Sequence record: NC_049832.1
Length of the DNA stretch: 50,168 nucleotides
Source: Escherichia phage vB_EcoS-DELF2
Reading direction: 5' to 3' (one strand)
Positions 9,459 to 18,457 of the stretch are shown piece after piece. The translations under genes and the position numbers were made by a program. The notes below the pieces were generated by a model. That model had not been told where the DNA came from. It did no database searches and saw only the letters and a list, made by a program, of their open reading frames with translations. Position 1 is the first letter of the stretch, and every line of letters begins with the position of its first letter.

Positions 9459-10027
9459 TTGTTGATGAACGTGGCGGCTATGTGCTGAGCGGTAATTTCT
9501 GGATTACCTTCGACAGAAAAGAAGTCACATTCCTGATAACCGTTGACCCCGATCATATCGTCAAGATAGATATAGTCGCGGCTGTCGTTGTCAAAGTTGC
9601 AACCGTTGCGATGGATTCGACATAGCTTTACCTGGATATCACCTTCAATCATCTGCAAGATCTCGTCTTTGAATCCACCGTCAGTAAATACCGAAAGGGA
9701 GTGAGACTCTTTCACCTTGCTTTCCGCTCGCATACCGAAGAAGCGATTTCCGAACTGCGGTTTGATGACCTCCTCGCTAATCCAGATCATAAACTGGCGC
9801 GGGCTTTTACCGTTCAGGATTGATGCTGGCTCTTCTTTATAGCGACGGTCCTCATACAAGAACATGAAATATTCGAAATTAGCCTCACCCAGGATTGCTC
9901 GAGCAATCTCAAACATTGGAGCTTTGAAGCTGCGTAGCGCTACATGATCGTAAGTGTCAGCCAGGATGCATCCGATAGTGTCTTTTCCTGCGCCCGGCGC
10001 GCCGTTTAAAATGATAGCTGTTTTCAT
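9455..10027 (-). CDS. P-loop nucleotide kinase (adenylate-kinase-like GAPGAGKDT)
   Basis: N-terminal P-loop NGAPGAGKDT. Confidence 0.55.
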   Translation of the reverse strand: MKTAIILNGAPGAGKDTIGCILADTYDHVALRSFKAPMFEIARAILGEANFEYFMFLYEDRRYKEEPASILNGKSPRQFMIWISEEVIKPQFGNRFFGMRAESKVKESHSLSVFTDGGFKDEILQMIEGDIQVKLCRIHRNGCNFDNDSRDYIYLDDMIGVNGYQECDFFSVEGNPEITAQHIAATFINK

Positions 10028-10135
10028 GTCAGTATCTCCCTAAAAATAATTTTGCCACATTGATGATGGTGTGATTGATGATTAACAGGATGATAACCGT
10101 TAACACCGGATGTGCTGCAATAAATTCGTACAGGT

Positions 10136-10669
10136 TCATTCATCTACCCCGTGAGATTTTAAATGATCGTGGACTTTATCGCCATAGTCAACTACAGCGT
10201 AAGTGGTTATTCCAAGCGACCGGAATAATGGAATAATTTGCGGTGAGTCATCCCAGGCCGCCAGGATATTCTCAATACCGATCGCGCGCACCGCCTCTTC
10301 TTTCATCACCGTGTCTTTGCGGTTGTCGGTATGCGGTCGCATAATCAGGTAATCATATCGAGCACCGTGATGCTTAAGCCATAACTCATATGCGTAACGA
10401 ACCTCATCGCTTCGCCCGGTTAAAATGATCACATGATGACCAGCGGCAAACATAGAGTTCATCACTTCAATCGTACTCTTGATTGGGTTATCAAATATTG
10501 CCGCTCGGTTAAACTCAGACCAGCTTTCAGTTAAGTGCAAATCCTTTGTCGGTAGCAGGTGAAGTAGACCAGATCCATCGCTAAGTGTTCCGTCAAAGTC
10601 AAAGATTGCTACGCGGCGAGTGCCGAGAAACAGGCTGATTGTCTTGCCCCAAATGGTAATTTTATCCAT
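10136..10669 (-). CDS. HAD-superfamily phosphatase
   Basis: HAD motif I FDFDGTL near N-terminus; adjacent to the kinase. Confidence 0.55.
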   Translation of the reverse strand: MDKITIWGKTISLFLGTRRVAIFDFDGTLSDGSGLLHLLPTKDLHLTESWSEFNRAAIFDNPIKSTIEVMNSMFAAGHHVIILTGRSDEVRYAYELWLKHHGARYDYLIMRPHTDNRKDTVMKEEAVRAIGIENILAAWDDSPQIIPLFRSLGITTYAVVDYGDKVHDHLKSHGVDE

Positions 10670-10734
10670 GATTTATTCCTCTGATTGGTTGCTTAACTCA
10701 ACGAAGGGCATTCTATCAAATACCCTTGAGCAAG

Positions 10735-10753
10735 TTTTAGCAATTCGTGCTAT
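10735..10753 (-). promoter_or_regulatory. palindrome motif copy with TGaTAGAAT -10, then CAACCAATCAGAGGA leader
   Basis: Read directly; 19-nt spacing to -10. Confidence 0.55.
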
Positions 10754-11199
10754 TACCAGCAACTGATCTCATAGTTGGCCCAGTCATCAAAGCTACCCTG
10801 ACTGAAGTCGCCGCCGTAGTTTTCCATAAGTTCATCGATCAGGAAGTAGCAGGATTCGCCGTTACGATAGAAGTATGAATCTGCAACGCTGCGCGCCCAA
10901 TGTCCGGCATCTTTCTTGCTCATCTTCCAGTACTTCATTGCAATCTTCTTGAATGCACGCACGACGCGCTTGCGGATCTTAATATGCTTATACACCGCGT
11001 TGCATCCATAGGCCATATATTCGTTATTGCCAAGATTCTGCATAATGTAAGGATTTACTTCTTTTGACGTAATCATCAGATCGCCATTGACGCAACGCGA
11101 ATCATGAATACTTGCTGTCATGTAGTGACCTTTGAACATTCCAATGCCGTGCAGGGTGTATTCATCGTTAGGCGCTTCAATGCAGATTAAGTGTTTCAT
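10753..11199 (-). CDS. hypothetical protein
   Basis: GAGGA RBS before internal ATG at 11199; track start 11241 sits too close to the motif. Confidence 0.4.
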   Translation of the reverse strand: MKHLICIEAPNDEYTLHGIGMFKGHYMTASIHDSRCVNGDLMITSKEVNPYIMQNLGNNEYMAYGCNAVYKHIKIRKRVVRAFKKIAMKYWKMSKKDAGHWARSVADSYFYRNGESCYFLIDELMENYGGDFSQGSFDDWANYEISCW

Positions 11200-11254
11200 T
11201 ATCGTTTCCTCGTTTGTTGGTGTAGGTGAATCATAGCGCATTCCCCTTGATAGG

Positions 11255-11273
11255 TTTTAGCAATTCGTGCTAT
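11255..11273 (-). promoter_or_regulatory. palindrome motif copy with TATGAT -10
   Basis: Motif encodes C-terminus NSTNC-stop of ORF 11257..11475. Confidence 0.5.
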
Positions 11274-11475
11274 TCGTTTTAATAGTGATGCAAAAATAAT
11301 TTTTTAAGCACGTCACCACGCGCGCTGAATCGACTTGTGGGAGCCTTAAAATTTCGTGGACCAATTGCACTTCCGACACCTCAGATTTGTAGTAGTGTGC
11401 GATTCTGGAGGTATTTGGGCGCATTCCTTCCACTGCTTCACGTGCTGCATCTTCTGCTGTCATGATAGTAGCCAT
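11257..11475 (-). CDS. hypothetical protein
   Basis: 72 aa ORF ending inside motif. Confidence 0.35.
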   Translation of the reverse strand: MATIMTAEDAAREAVEGMRPNTSRIAHYYKSEVSEVQLVHEILRLPQVDSARVVTCLKNYFCITIKTNSTNC

Positions 11476-11632
11476 AAAACACCCTTAAGAGATAATGTCA
11501 GGACCAGGAGGCAGAATAGCAACTCCTGAAATGATGGAGGTTCGTTTTTCCAGTTCTTAAAGTCAGGCATAAAGCTATTCATATTCACCTCATAAAAATA
11601 GGGAACCGCTCAGGAACGATTCCCACTTTAAG

Positions 11633-12289
11633 TTAAACTACGAAAAACAGCACGATAAGAGAAATAAGAAGCACGGTAGCCATAGCCAGGTTTGCCAGAT
11701 TATCAATGTCCTTGTTGGTCAGCTTAGGCTTGACTTTACCATCAACTTCGATTGGCTTAACGCTGTGAATCTTACCCTGTTCGATGCGGAAAGCGCCCTT
11801 GATTCGACTGGTATTAAATTTCTGCTTCTTCTTGCCGAACGTTGCAAACTTAGTGCCGCCGCTATTCCATCGCAGACCTTCGCCATTATGCGTTACGGTA
11901 GCGATGCGGTGACGGCCCGTGTCGTCAGTAAGCGCTACAGTGTGCTTTGCGTGCTCAGTAGGAACGTCGTAGATTTTTCCAACAGTAAATTTTTTGGTGT
12001 TATCGCTGATACATTCAAATTTCATAAATTTTACCTCTTTATTATGCAGTTGATTGATTGCTTCGATTACGTCTCTAAATTTAACACCATCCACGATTCG
12101 ATGGAAGATATATTTTGAACTACCGCAATACGGCAGGAAAATTTCCTGGTACTCGTGACGACGGATGATGTTAACGTTGCTACCGTGCTCATCCACGACA
12201 ACGAAGCTGTCGTCATTGACGTGAGCGCCTTCGTAGATTTTTCCCCACTTAAAGCCCGATCCGTTACTTGATACGCATTCAAATTTCAC
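11633..12289 (-). CDS. repeat-domain protein with C-terminal transmembrane anchor
   Basis: Internal duplication (MKFECVSSNGSGFKWGKIYEG / MKFECISDNTKKFTVGKIYDV); hydrophobic C-terminus. Confidence 0.45.
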   Translation of the reverse strand: MKFECVSSNGSGFKWGKIYEGAHVNDDSFVVVDEHGSNVNIIRRHEYQEIFLPYCGSSKYIFHRIVDGVKFRDVIEAINQLHNKEVKFMKFECISDNTKKFTVGKIYDVPTEHAKHTVALTDDTGRHRIATVTHNGEGLRWNSGGTKFATFGKKKQKFNTSRIKGAFRIEQGKIHSVKPIEVDGKVKPKLTNKDIDNLANLAMATVLLISLIVLFFVV

Positions 12290-12573
12290 GGTCTAACCTT
12301 CCTATAAGGCTTGATTGATAACATCACGTATTGCGTGAAGTCGCATTCCTGATCGTCATACCCGCGATTGATGTATGGAGTCACGTCTGTAACATCGGAT
12401 ACCCTGGCGTGAACTTCCCACCCGGTAAACTCACCGCGATCGAACTCTCGTAGCTCCAAGATATCGCCAATCTGGAAGTTGCGGTCATTGATGCGGAACT
12501 CTGCCGTTTTGGTTCCGTTCATTACTCCAATGAAATGTACCGGGTTAATTTTTAACTTATGACTCTTGCTCAT
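12286..12573 (-). CDS. hypothetical protein
   Basis: ORF preceded by motif copy, TATAGT -10 and CAACCAATCAG leader. Confidence 0.45.
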   Translation of the reverse strand: MSKSHKLKINPVHFIGVMNGTKTAEFRINDRNFQIGDILELREFDRGEFTGWEVHARVSDVTDVTPYINRGYDDQECDFTQYVMLSIKPYRKVRP

Positions 12574-12636
12574 GATGCCTCACTGATTGGTTGCCATTCT
12601 TCAATAAGGCCACTATATCAAATGGACTTGCGGAAG

Positions 12637-12655
12637 GTTTAGCAATTCGTGCTAT
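12637..12655 (-). promoter_or_regulatory. palindrome motif copy with TGaTATAGT -10
   Basis: Read directly; approximate coordinates. Confidence 0.5.
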
Positions 12656-12800
12656 CGTTTAACGCACATAGTTTTTACTTCATATCCGAACGGCTTGTTT
12701 TCTGCAATCACCTCCCGAGCTTTTTCGCATGATTGCTGACTTTCCATGTATACGTGATCCGACCCGGTGCTCATCAAGATAATCAAGACCCATGCAGCCA

Positions 12801-13307
12801 TTATTTCACCTCATAGCGGACGAGCGTTCCGCGCTTAATGCTGATTTCACCTGATACCGTCTTGTTCTTGAAGCCGCCGTGATGCAATAGAATCGTGATG
12901 ATATCGTCGTGCACCTCAATAGTTTTTGGTGTCGCGGTAATCTCAATCCAAGAATCGCTGCTAATCTGGACACCTTTTAGCGTTGCGCTAAGTGGCACAT
13001 TCTCGATCTGAGTGCACTGTAGCGATGGCTTGATTTCTGGCTTTGCAGCTTTGAATATTGAGCCTTCAATCTTCCAGCTATCATACAAGCTGTAAGTATT
13101 CTGATTGTCGCTCATAATGTAGTAGTAGTCCTTATCTGGTGAATTTTCTTTATTCACTCCGTTATGTCTGGCAATAAACCACTCCAGCTTAAGCTGCGAT
13201 ACCTCATCAGTGGCCCACTTTCCTTTATCTTCACTGGTGAATGTAATTTCACCGCAACCCAGGCTGATAAATTTAATCGGGAATTTTACGTCTTCTAATT
13301 TTAACAT
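12801..13307 (-). CDS. hypothetical protein
   Basis: 168 aa ORF in early block. Confidence 0.45.
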   Translation of the reverse strand: MLKLEDVKFPIKFISLGCGEITFTSEDKGKWATDEVSQLKLEWFIARHNGVNKENSPDKDYYYIMSDNQNTYSLYDSWKIEGSIFKAAKPEIKPSLQCTQIENVPLSATLKGVQISSDSWIEITATPKTIEVHDDIITILLHHGGFKNKTVSGEISIKRGTLVRYEVK

Positions 13308-13362
13308 GATGCTTTCCTCTTAGTGGTTTATGTGGGGATTATACCAGTCAGGCCAAATCCCC

Positions 13363-13381
13363 TTTTAACAATTCGTGCTTA
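13363..13381 (-). promoter_or_regulatory. palindrome motif copy with perfect extended -10 TGgTATAAT
   Basis: Read directly; 19-nt spacing. Confidence 0.6.
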
Positions 13382-13867
13382 GTAAACCAACTCGCACTCA
13401 ATATCGAACGGCTCGGCTTTACAATGGAAGAAGCATATCGCCTCTTGATTCATACCTCCCACAAATCCAACAGCATGAAGCTGTTCACCGTTGATATAAG
13501 CTAAGTGCGCGGTGATTTCTTCAAAGTCAACAATAACCGGGAACGTGCGATTCTCATAACCAGGGCGCATAGGATACCCGCCATTATTGAGAAGACGAAC
13601 CTTGCGCGGCTTGATGTTAGCCTGTACTTCCCAATCAAAAAAGAACATCGTTCCATCCTTCTCGTTGAAGTCTGCCGGACCAACTACCGGGCTAACCGAA
13701 AGTCCATAATCCAGATCGTACACGCCAGCTTTTACCAGGTCGTCAACCTTAACACGGTAGCCGCCCAGGCTATCATCGCACTTCACCGCATCAACCACGA
13801 TAGGGTCTGCTTCCAGATCTCGGGTAAAGCCCTTGTAACCGCCAGTGCAAAGTAATTTGATTTTCAT
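13379..13867 (-). CDS. hypothetical protein
   Basis: GAGGA RBS before ATG at 13867. Confidence 0.45.
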   Translation of the reverse strand: MKIKLLCTGGYKGFTRDLEADPIVVDAVKCDDSLGGYRVKVDDLVKAGVYDLDYGLSVSPVVGPADFNEKDGTMFFFDWEVQANIKPRKVRLLNNGGYPMRPGYENRTFPVIVDFEEITAHLAYINGEQLHAVGFVGGMNQEAICFFHCKAEPFDIECELVY

Positions 13868-13923
13868 GCTATCGTCCTCGTTCGTTGTCGATGGGGTTAC
13901 TATATCGCAACCCATGAGCTGAG

Positions 13924-13942
13924 TTTTAACAAAAAGTGCTAT
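13924..13942 (-). promoter_or_regulatory. palindrome motif copy with TATAGT -10 and conserved leader TAACCCCATCGACAACGAA
   Basis: Read directly. Confidence 0.55.
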
Positions 13943-14130
13943 TCTTTAATTTCGAAGCAATCGGTGTCTTCGTCGAATATCCAGGGGTCGCCGTTATCAT
14001 CAAGTAATGAGATATTCCCGAAGCTGGTTAGCGATGCACTATAAGGCTTGTCAACGGTAAAGCACTCTTTCACCTCCTGGTCATCACTACCTTTGAATAC
14101 TGCAATCATTTGGTGCATAAAATCAGCCAT
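13939..14130 (-). CDS. hypothetical protein
   Basis: 63 aa ORF. Confidence 0.4.
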   Translation of the reverse strand: MADFMHQMIAVFKGSDDQEVKECFTVDKPYSASLTSFGNISLLDDNGDPWIFDEDTDCFEIKE

Positions 14131-14139
14131 TTTAACATC

Positions 14140-14397
14140 CTATTCGCAAGTGATTTCATTTGATGTGATTGGTAGCAATACGTTGCCAACCATCACGAAA
14201 GTAGTAACTTGGCTCCCGGTTTCATGGCATCGCTCTTTGACCTCGCCGAAGCCGGACACTACCAGGATAGTCAGGGCGACAGCAGCCATCATGCAAATCA
14301 ATATACGCATCATTCGAACGCCCCCGCACACAGGAGAAGCATTACCACGATGCCGACCATGACGTGACCCATGCAGAAGAACCAGACGGCAGACCAT
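14140..14397 (-). CDS. small exported or membrane protein (putative)
   Basis: Internal hydrophobic segment MMRILICMMAAVALTILVVSG. Confidence 0.3.
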   Translation of the reverse strand: MVCRLVLLHGSRHGRHRGNASPVCGGVRMMRILICMMAAVALTILVVSGFGEVKERCHETGSQVTTFVMVGNVLLPITSNEITCE

Positions 14398-14649
14398 AGA
14401 GCTACTGTATTAAAGTTCATTTTAGTACCTCGATCTTGTTGTCACAGATTGAGTTTTCTACGACAGATTGCGGGTCATCACCCGGAACTCGCATGTAGAA
14501 ATTACTCACAGCCGTGAAGTTCCACTGACCGCGCCACTTGAAATATAATCCGTGCTTTGCACCCATAGCGTAGTGAGTGGATTTTGCCGGGATCATGTGC
14601 CCGTTGACGCGGGTTAGTTGAGTTAGGTTGCTGTAACGTGGCGTGATTA

Positions 14650-14880
14650 TTACTCCTCAATTAAAGTGCTGATATCATCAAATCCCTGGAGTTCTGCATT
14701 CCAGACCAGGAAGTTTGAGAGGTTGTCACACCTAACCCATTTTCCGTTATCTTCCATGTATGTATTGTATCCACCCGGTACTACCTTGACCGCAAAACGC
14801 TTGTTGTCGCGAGTGATGAAAATAGCAAAGCGGTTGTGGCTGGTTGAGTCGATGGCTTGTTGGTTCTTGACGATTGACAT
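14650..14880 (-). CDS. hypothetical protein
   Basis: Preceded by motif copy, TGcTATAGT and ACCAATCAGAGGA leader. Confidence 0.45.
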   Translation of the reverse strand: MSIVKNQQAIDSTSHNRFAIFITRDNKRFAVKVVPGGYNTYMEDNGKWVRCDNLSNFLVWNAELQGFDDISTLIEE

Positions 14881-14943
14881 GGTGAATCCTCTGATTGGTA
14901 TCTCATTTCGATGGGGTAACTATAGCAAGATACCCCGATCCGG

Positions 14944-14962
14944 TTTTAACAATTCGTGCTAT
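14944..14962 (-). promoter_or_regulatory. palindrome motif copy with TGcTATAGT -10
   Basis: Read directly. Confidence 0.55.
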
Positions 14963-15429
14963 TTGGTGAGATATTTCACGCAGCTTCCGGCAGTTTCATT
15001 CCAGCCATCCTCAAAGAATACGCTATAGCATGTTGCCGAACGCTGGCGAATCTTAGATACAGTGCGCCACACCTTACGGCCCGAGTAACCAGTCAGCACG
15101 CGCATCCCTGGCAATAACTCACCCGACTTTCTCACCTTGATAGTCACATCAGCATCAAGCCCGAACGACTCAAGGCGAACAGGATTGACCATCTCAAACA
15201 TTCGCATAACTTCGTGATCTTCTTTCCACTCGCAGCCGCCGCTAGCCTTAACCGCTTCAACAAAATAACTCAGCTTATCAGTGAGTGAATCACCTTCGAA
15301 CGCCTCGATTGAGATAACCGTGTAGTGAGTGTACGCATGCCAGTGCGATCCGGTCTTGTGCTCAAACGCGAAGAATGACATTTCGCCATCAAGCTCATCT
15401 TTAGCCAGGAATACGGTAATGGTCGCCAT
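14959..15429 (-). CDS. hypothetical protein
   Basis: 156 aa ORF. Confidence 0.45.
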   Translation of the reverse strand: MATITVFLAKDELDGEMSFFAFEHKTGSHWHAYTHYTVISIEAFEGDSLTDKLSYFVEAVKASGGCEWKEDHEVMRMFEMVNPVRLESFGLDADVTIKVRKSGELLPGMRVLTGYSGRKVWRTVSKIRQRSATCYSVFFEDGWNETAGSCVKYLTK

Positions 15430-15431
15430 GA

Positions 15432-15626
15432 TTAAACCTCCGCAAAGTAAGTGTTAAAGCCTTTGAGTTTGTAGTCGCTGCCTACGCGCACCACGTTCCA
15501 GGTAAGGCCCGAGTGATATGCAAACATATCCTCAAGGTCGATCGTGATTTCCGTTCCTTTCTTGAACAGACCCTTTTCATGAGTTGAGTCTCGATGAACA
15601 ACCACTACGTCAATTTGCGTTTCCAT
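15432..15626 (-). CDS. hypothetical protein
   Basis: 64 aa ORF preceded by motif copy, TGgTATAGT and GAGGAAG RBS. Confidence 0.45.
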   Translation of the reverse strand: METQIDVVVVHRDSTHEKGLFKKGTEITIDLEDMFAYHSGLTWNVVRVGSDYKLKGFNTYFAEV

Positions 15627-15682
15627 CTTCGCTTCCTCATTCGTTGTCGATGGGATAACTATACCAGGTTATCCCGATCCGG

Positions 15683-15701
15683 TTTTAACAAAAAGTGCTA
15701 T
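15683..15701 (-). promoter_or_regulatory. palindrome motif copy with TGgTATAGT -10
   Basis: Read directly. Confidence 0.55.
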
Positions 15702-15958
15702 TTCATCAAAGTGAAGCAGCGAATTTTATTTGGCTTGAATAGGAATAGCTGGATGCCTTGCACCTTACCAAGACTGATCATCTCTACGCCAAACTGTTTA
15801 CGCACATACCGGACCAGCTCATCGGCTGGCGAACTCATCTGTAGTCCGAGGCGATAGAAACCGACAAACCCGTATGTTTCGGGGTTAAGCTGGAATGCCT
15901 CACCTGGATTGAGTTGCATCAATACACCTTTCAGGGCGTCATGCTTAATTTTGCTCAT
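15698..15958 (-). CDS. hypothetical protein
   Basis: 86 aa ORF. Confidence 0.4.
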   Translation of the reverse strand: MSKIKHDALKGVLMQLNPGEAFQLNPETYGFVGFYRLGLQMSSPADELVRYVRKQFGVEMISLGKVQGIQLFLFKPNKIRCFTLMK

Positions 15959-15960
15959 GA

Positions 15961-16536
15961 TTACTTCTCCTCATCCAGTAAATGTGAGCGGAATTGCTCG
16001 ACCAGCTTATTGAGATCGGATACCGAGATATTGCTACCTTCAAAATCCCTCAAATCGATTCTGAACGCCTCAACCTTCGCATTGAACACGTCGGCTATGC
16101 TCTTTCGCTTCCTACCTCTCTTGCCATGTTTAGCTTCGCCTATGGCCTTCTCTGCTTCCTCGCCTTCGAGTTCGGTTATGAATATCGTCACCCCGTCAAC
16201 CTGATCGCGGTTGATTCGCACAGATACGGCCTTATTATGCACCTTGAGCATGTGGCGCTTGATGATATTGGACACATACGACGCGGTGAGTCGTTCGAGC
16301 AACCAGGCTGATCGAGATGTGTACTCGTTAACGACTGCCTCATCAATCTGGTCATCGTTAAGTTCCACGCCATGAGTAGCCTTTACAATCTCGGCCTGCT
16401 CATTGACGTACACTTCAACCATTTGCTTTCCGGTGATTGAGAACTCATTCCCTGATTGGTGGATTTCAATCGCCTTTCGAATATAGTCCGGCAGGTTGAG
16501 TTCAAATTCTGTCACTTCTTTAAGCTGAGTTTTCAC
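15961..16536 (-). CDS. hypothetical protein (first gene of leftward early block)
   Basis: 191 aa ORF adjacent to divergent intergenic region. Confidence 0.45.
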   Translation of the reverse strand: MKTQLKEVTEFELNLPDYIRKAIEIHQSGNEFSITGKQMVEVYVNEQAEIVKATHGVELNDDQIDEAVVNEYTSRSAWLLERLTASYVSNIIKRHMLKVHNKAVSVRINRDQVDGVTIFITELEGEEAEKAIGEAKHGKRGRKRKSIADVFNAKVEAFRIDLRDFEGSNISVSDLNKLVEQFRSHLLDEEK

Positions 16537-17230
16537 TTGTCTATACCTCGTTGTCTATGGGTGTAACTTTCAACTTCGAAAAACATGTTACAGCTACAAA
16601 GTCAGGAGCGTCAATGTCTATAGCTGCATTTTTTATTTTTGTAACCAGTGCAACCGATGCAACCGACTTTTTCTATAAAAGTAAGCACATCTATTTATGC
16701 GCGCGGAATGGTATGTTTTTTATACTATGCATCACGAAATATATGCCACCCTCAAAAAATGCGGTTGCACCTATTACGCCGATTACATACCAATATATAA
16801 TATAATAAATAAATAAATATATATTATCTATCTTATTATTATATATAGATATTTTATTATCTATAGGCCTATCGATTCTCGGGCCACTTTGTAACACCCC
16901 TGATGGTATACAACTATTACGACAATTACAACTACCGCATAGACGAATAGCACGTTTTGCTAAAAATGGAGATTACCACCAGGCGAACTGGGTAACACTA
17001 AATCCTCCCTCTCACAATCATTGCAATCTAAGCAACAAATCAACCGACTGTTGCACACCATGCAATAATCACGTTTCATCATTCGCAATCAATCACAATC
17101 AAAATTATTCCAACTATTCCAGCATTGATGTAATAATGAGCAATTATTGGAATAGCATTTTTTGCTAACGACTGGACCAGGTTGGCAGGGTATAGTTCTG
17201 GCCATCAACCAATCAGAAGAGGAAGCAGCA
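16537..17230. repeat. AT-rich divergent intergenic region with iteron-like repeats and two motif copies lacking or displaced from -10
   Basis: TTGTCTAT x2, TGTAAC/GTTACA, ATATTATCTATC, inverted TATCTAT/ATAGATA; motif copies at about 16947 and 17152. Confidence 0.5.
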
Positions 17231-17416
17231 ATGAAATTAATTTGGTCACTATTCGACGGTTCAGGACTTGCTGGTCATGAACTGGCAAGGCAAGGTCACA
17301 AGGTGATGTGCTTCAACTTTGACGGAGCAGATCACGGAGATTACGCAAAGTACAACGCCAGGGTTGAGCATCCTAACATTGAGTATGTGAACGTCTTTAT
17401 TGATGAGAAGTTCTAA
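17231..17416 (+). CDS. C5-cytosine DNA methyltransferase-like, N-terminal fragment (motif I FDGSG) ending at in-frame TAA
   Basis: ATG at 17231 preceded by CAACCAATCAGAAGAGGAAG leader; TAA at 17414..17416 in same frame as downstream ORF. Confidence 0.35.
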   Translation: MKLIWSLFDGSGLAGHELARQGHKVMCFNFDGADHGDYAKYNARVEHPNIEYVNVFIDEKF

Positions 17417-17434
17417 CTTGATGCTATCGCGGGT

Positions 17435-17935
17435 GTGTATGGCAAGCCTGATTTCATTATGGCATTTCCTCCATGCACTGACCTGGCTGTTAGTGGCGCT
17501 GCTCACTTAGCAAGAAAGCGTGAGCGAGATCCGTTATTCCAGGAGAAGGCTGTTGCCACCGCCAGGATTGCCGCGAATATTGGCGACGCCCTGGGAGTGA
17601 CTTACATCATTGAGAATCCTGTGAGCGTCCTGTCATCTGCCTGGCGAAAACCGAATCACTCATTCAACCCCTGGGAGTATGGCGGCTATCTTCCTGAGAA
17701 TGACGCACACACCTGGTTCCCTATGTATATTGCGCCGCGCGATGCTTATCAGAAGAAAACTTGTCTTTGGACCTCGGACGACTTTGTCATGCCGGAGAGA
17801 AAACCTGTAAACCTGCCTGACGGGTACTCTGCGCAACACAGCAAGCTTGGCGGCAAGTCGGCAAAGACGAAGCTGATACGATCCCTGTCGCCGCGTGGAT
17901 TTTTCAAAGCGATCGCAAATAGCACTTTTTGTTAA
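17435..17935 (+). CDS. C5-cytosine DNA methyltransferase-like, C-terminal part (FPPC motif IV, ENP motif VI)
   Basis: Same frame as 17231..17416; catalytic Cys motif PPCTD; no target-recognition domain obvious. Confidence 0.45.
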   Translation: MYGKPDFIMAFPPCTDLAVSGAAHLARKRERDPLFQEKAVATARIAANIGDALGVTYIIENPVSVLSSAWRKPNHSFNPWEYGGYLPENDAHTWFPMYIAPRDAYQKKTCLWTSDDFVMPERKPVNLPDGYSAQHSKLGGKSAKTKLIRSLSPRGFFKAIANSTFC

Positions 17936-17937
17936 AA
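17919..17937 (+). promoter_or_regulatory. palindrome motif copy (ATAGCACTTTTTGTTAAAA) with TGgCATAAT -10 19 nt downstream
   Basis: Motif encodes the last residues NSTFC-stop of the methyltransferase ORF. Confidence 0.55.
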
Positions 17938-17995
17938 CTAGCTCGGTGCGATTTGGCATAATTACCTCATCGAAACGAGATTGAGGAAAAACAAA

Positions 17996-18181
17996 ATGGC
18001 ACGTCGCATCACTAAAGACCTTAAAGTTCTGAACAAAGAAAACGTAGTTAAAATCCTGGTTATTTGGGGATACAGCGAAGAATCAGCAAAGCAGAAGGTA
18101 GAGGCGGGTTACGACCTGGCTGTCAAGGCGATGCCTAACGACGATGCAAAAGGCATTGCAAACTATGTAGCATTCTTTTAA
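17996..18181 (+). CDS. hypothetical small protein
   Basis: GAGGAAAAA RBS before ATG 17996. Confidence 0.45.
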   Translation: MARRITKDLKVLNKENVVKILVIWGYSEESAKQKVEAGYDLAVKAMPNDDAKGIANYVAFF

Positions 18182-18196
18182 TTAACAGGCTAACAA

Positions 18197-18382
18197 ATGA
18201 AAACGAAATTAGTGCATAAATCAGAAATCAAGATCGGTGATACTGTGATTCACAACGGAGAACTTAAAACTGTTGGTAAGGAGTCGATAACCAAAGATGA
18301 ATTTATGGGTCTGTTGTTGTTCGGCGACTCATATCGCCTGGGTTATAAAATGGTTGAGCTTGTTGAAGATGTAAAATTCTAA
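18197..18382 (+). CDS. hypothetical small protein
   Basis: 61 aa ORF. Confidence 0.4.
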   Translation: MKTKLVHKSEIKIGDTVIHNGELKTVGKESITKDEFMGLLLFGDSYRLGYKMVELVEDVKF

Positions 18383-18401
18383 ATAGCACTTTTTGTTAAA
18401 C
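18383..18401 (+). promoter_or_regulatory. palindrome motif copy with TATAGT -10 and hairpin CCCCGA-N6-TCGGGG in spacer
   Basis: Read directly. Confidence 0.5.
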
Positions 18402-18457
18402 GCCCCGAAGTGAATCGGGGTATAGTGAACACATCAACCAATCAGGAGAATCACCAG

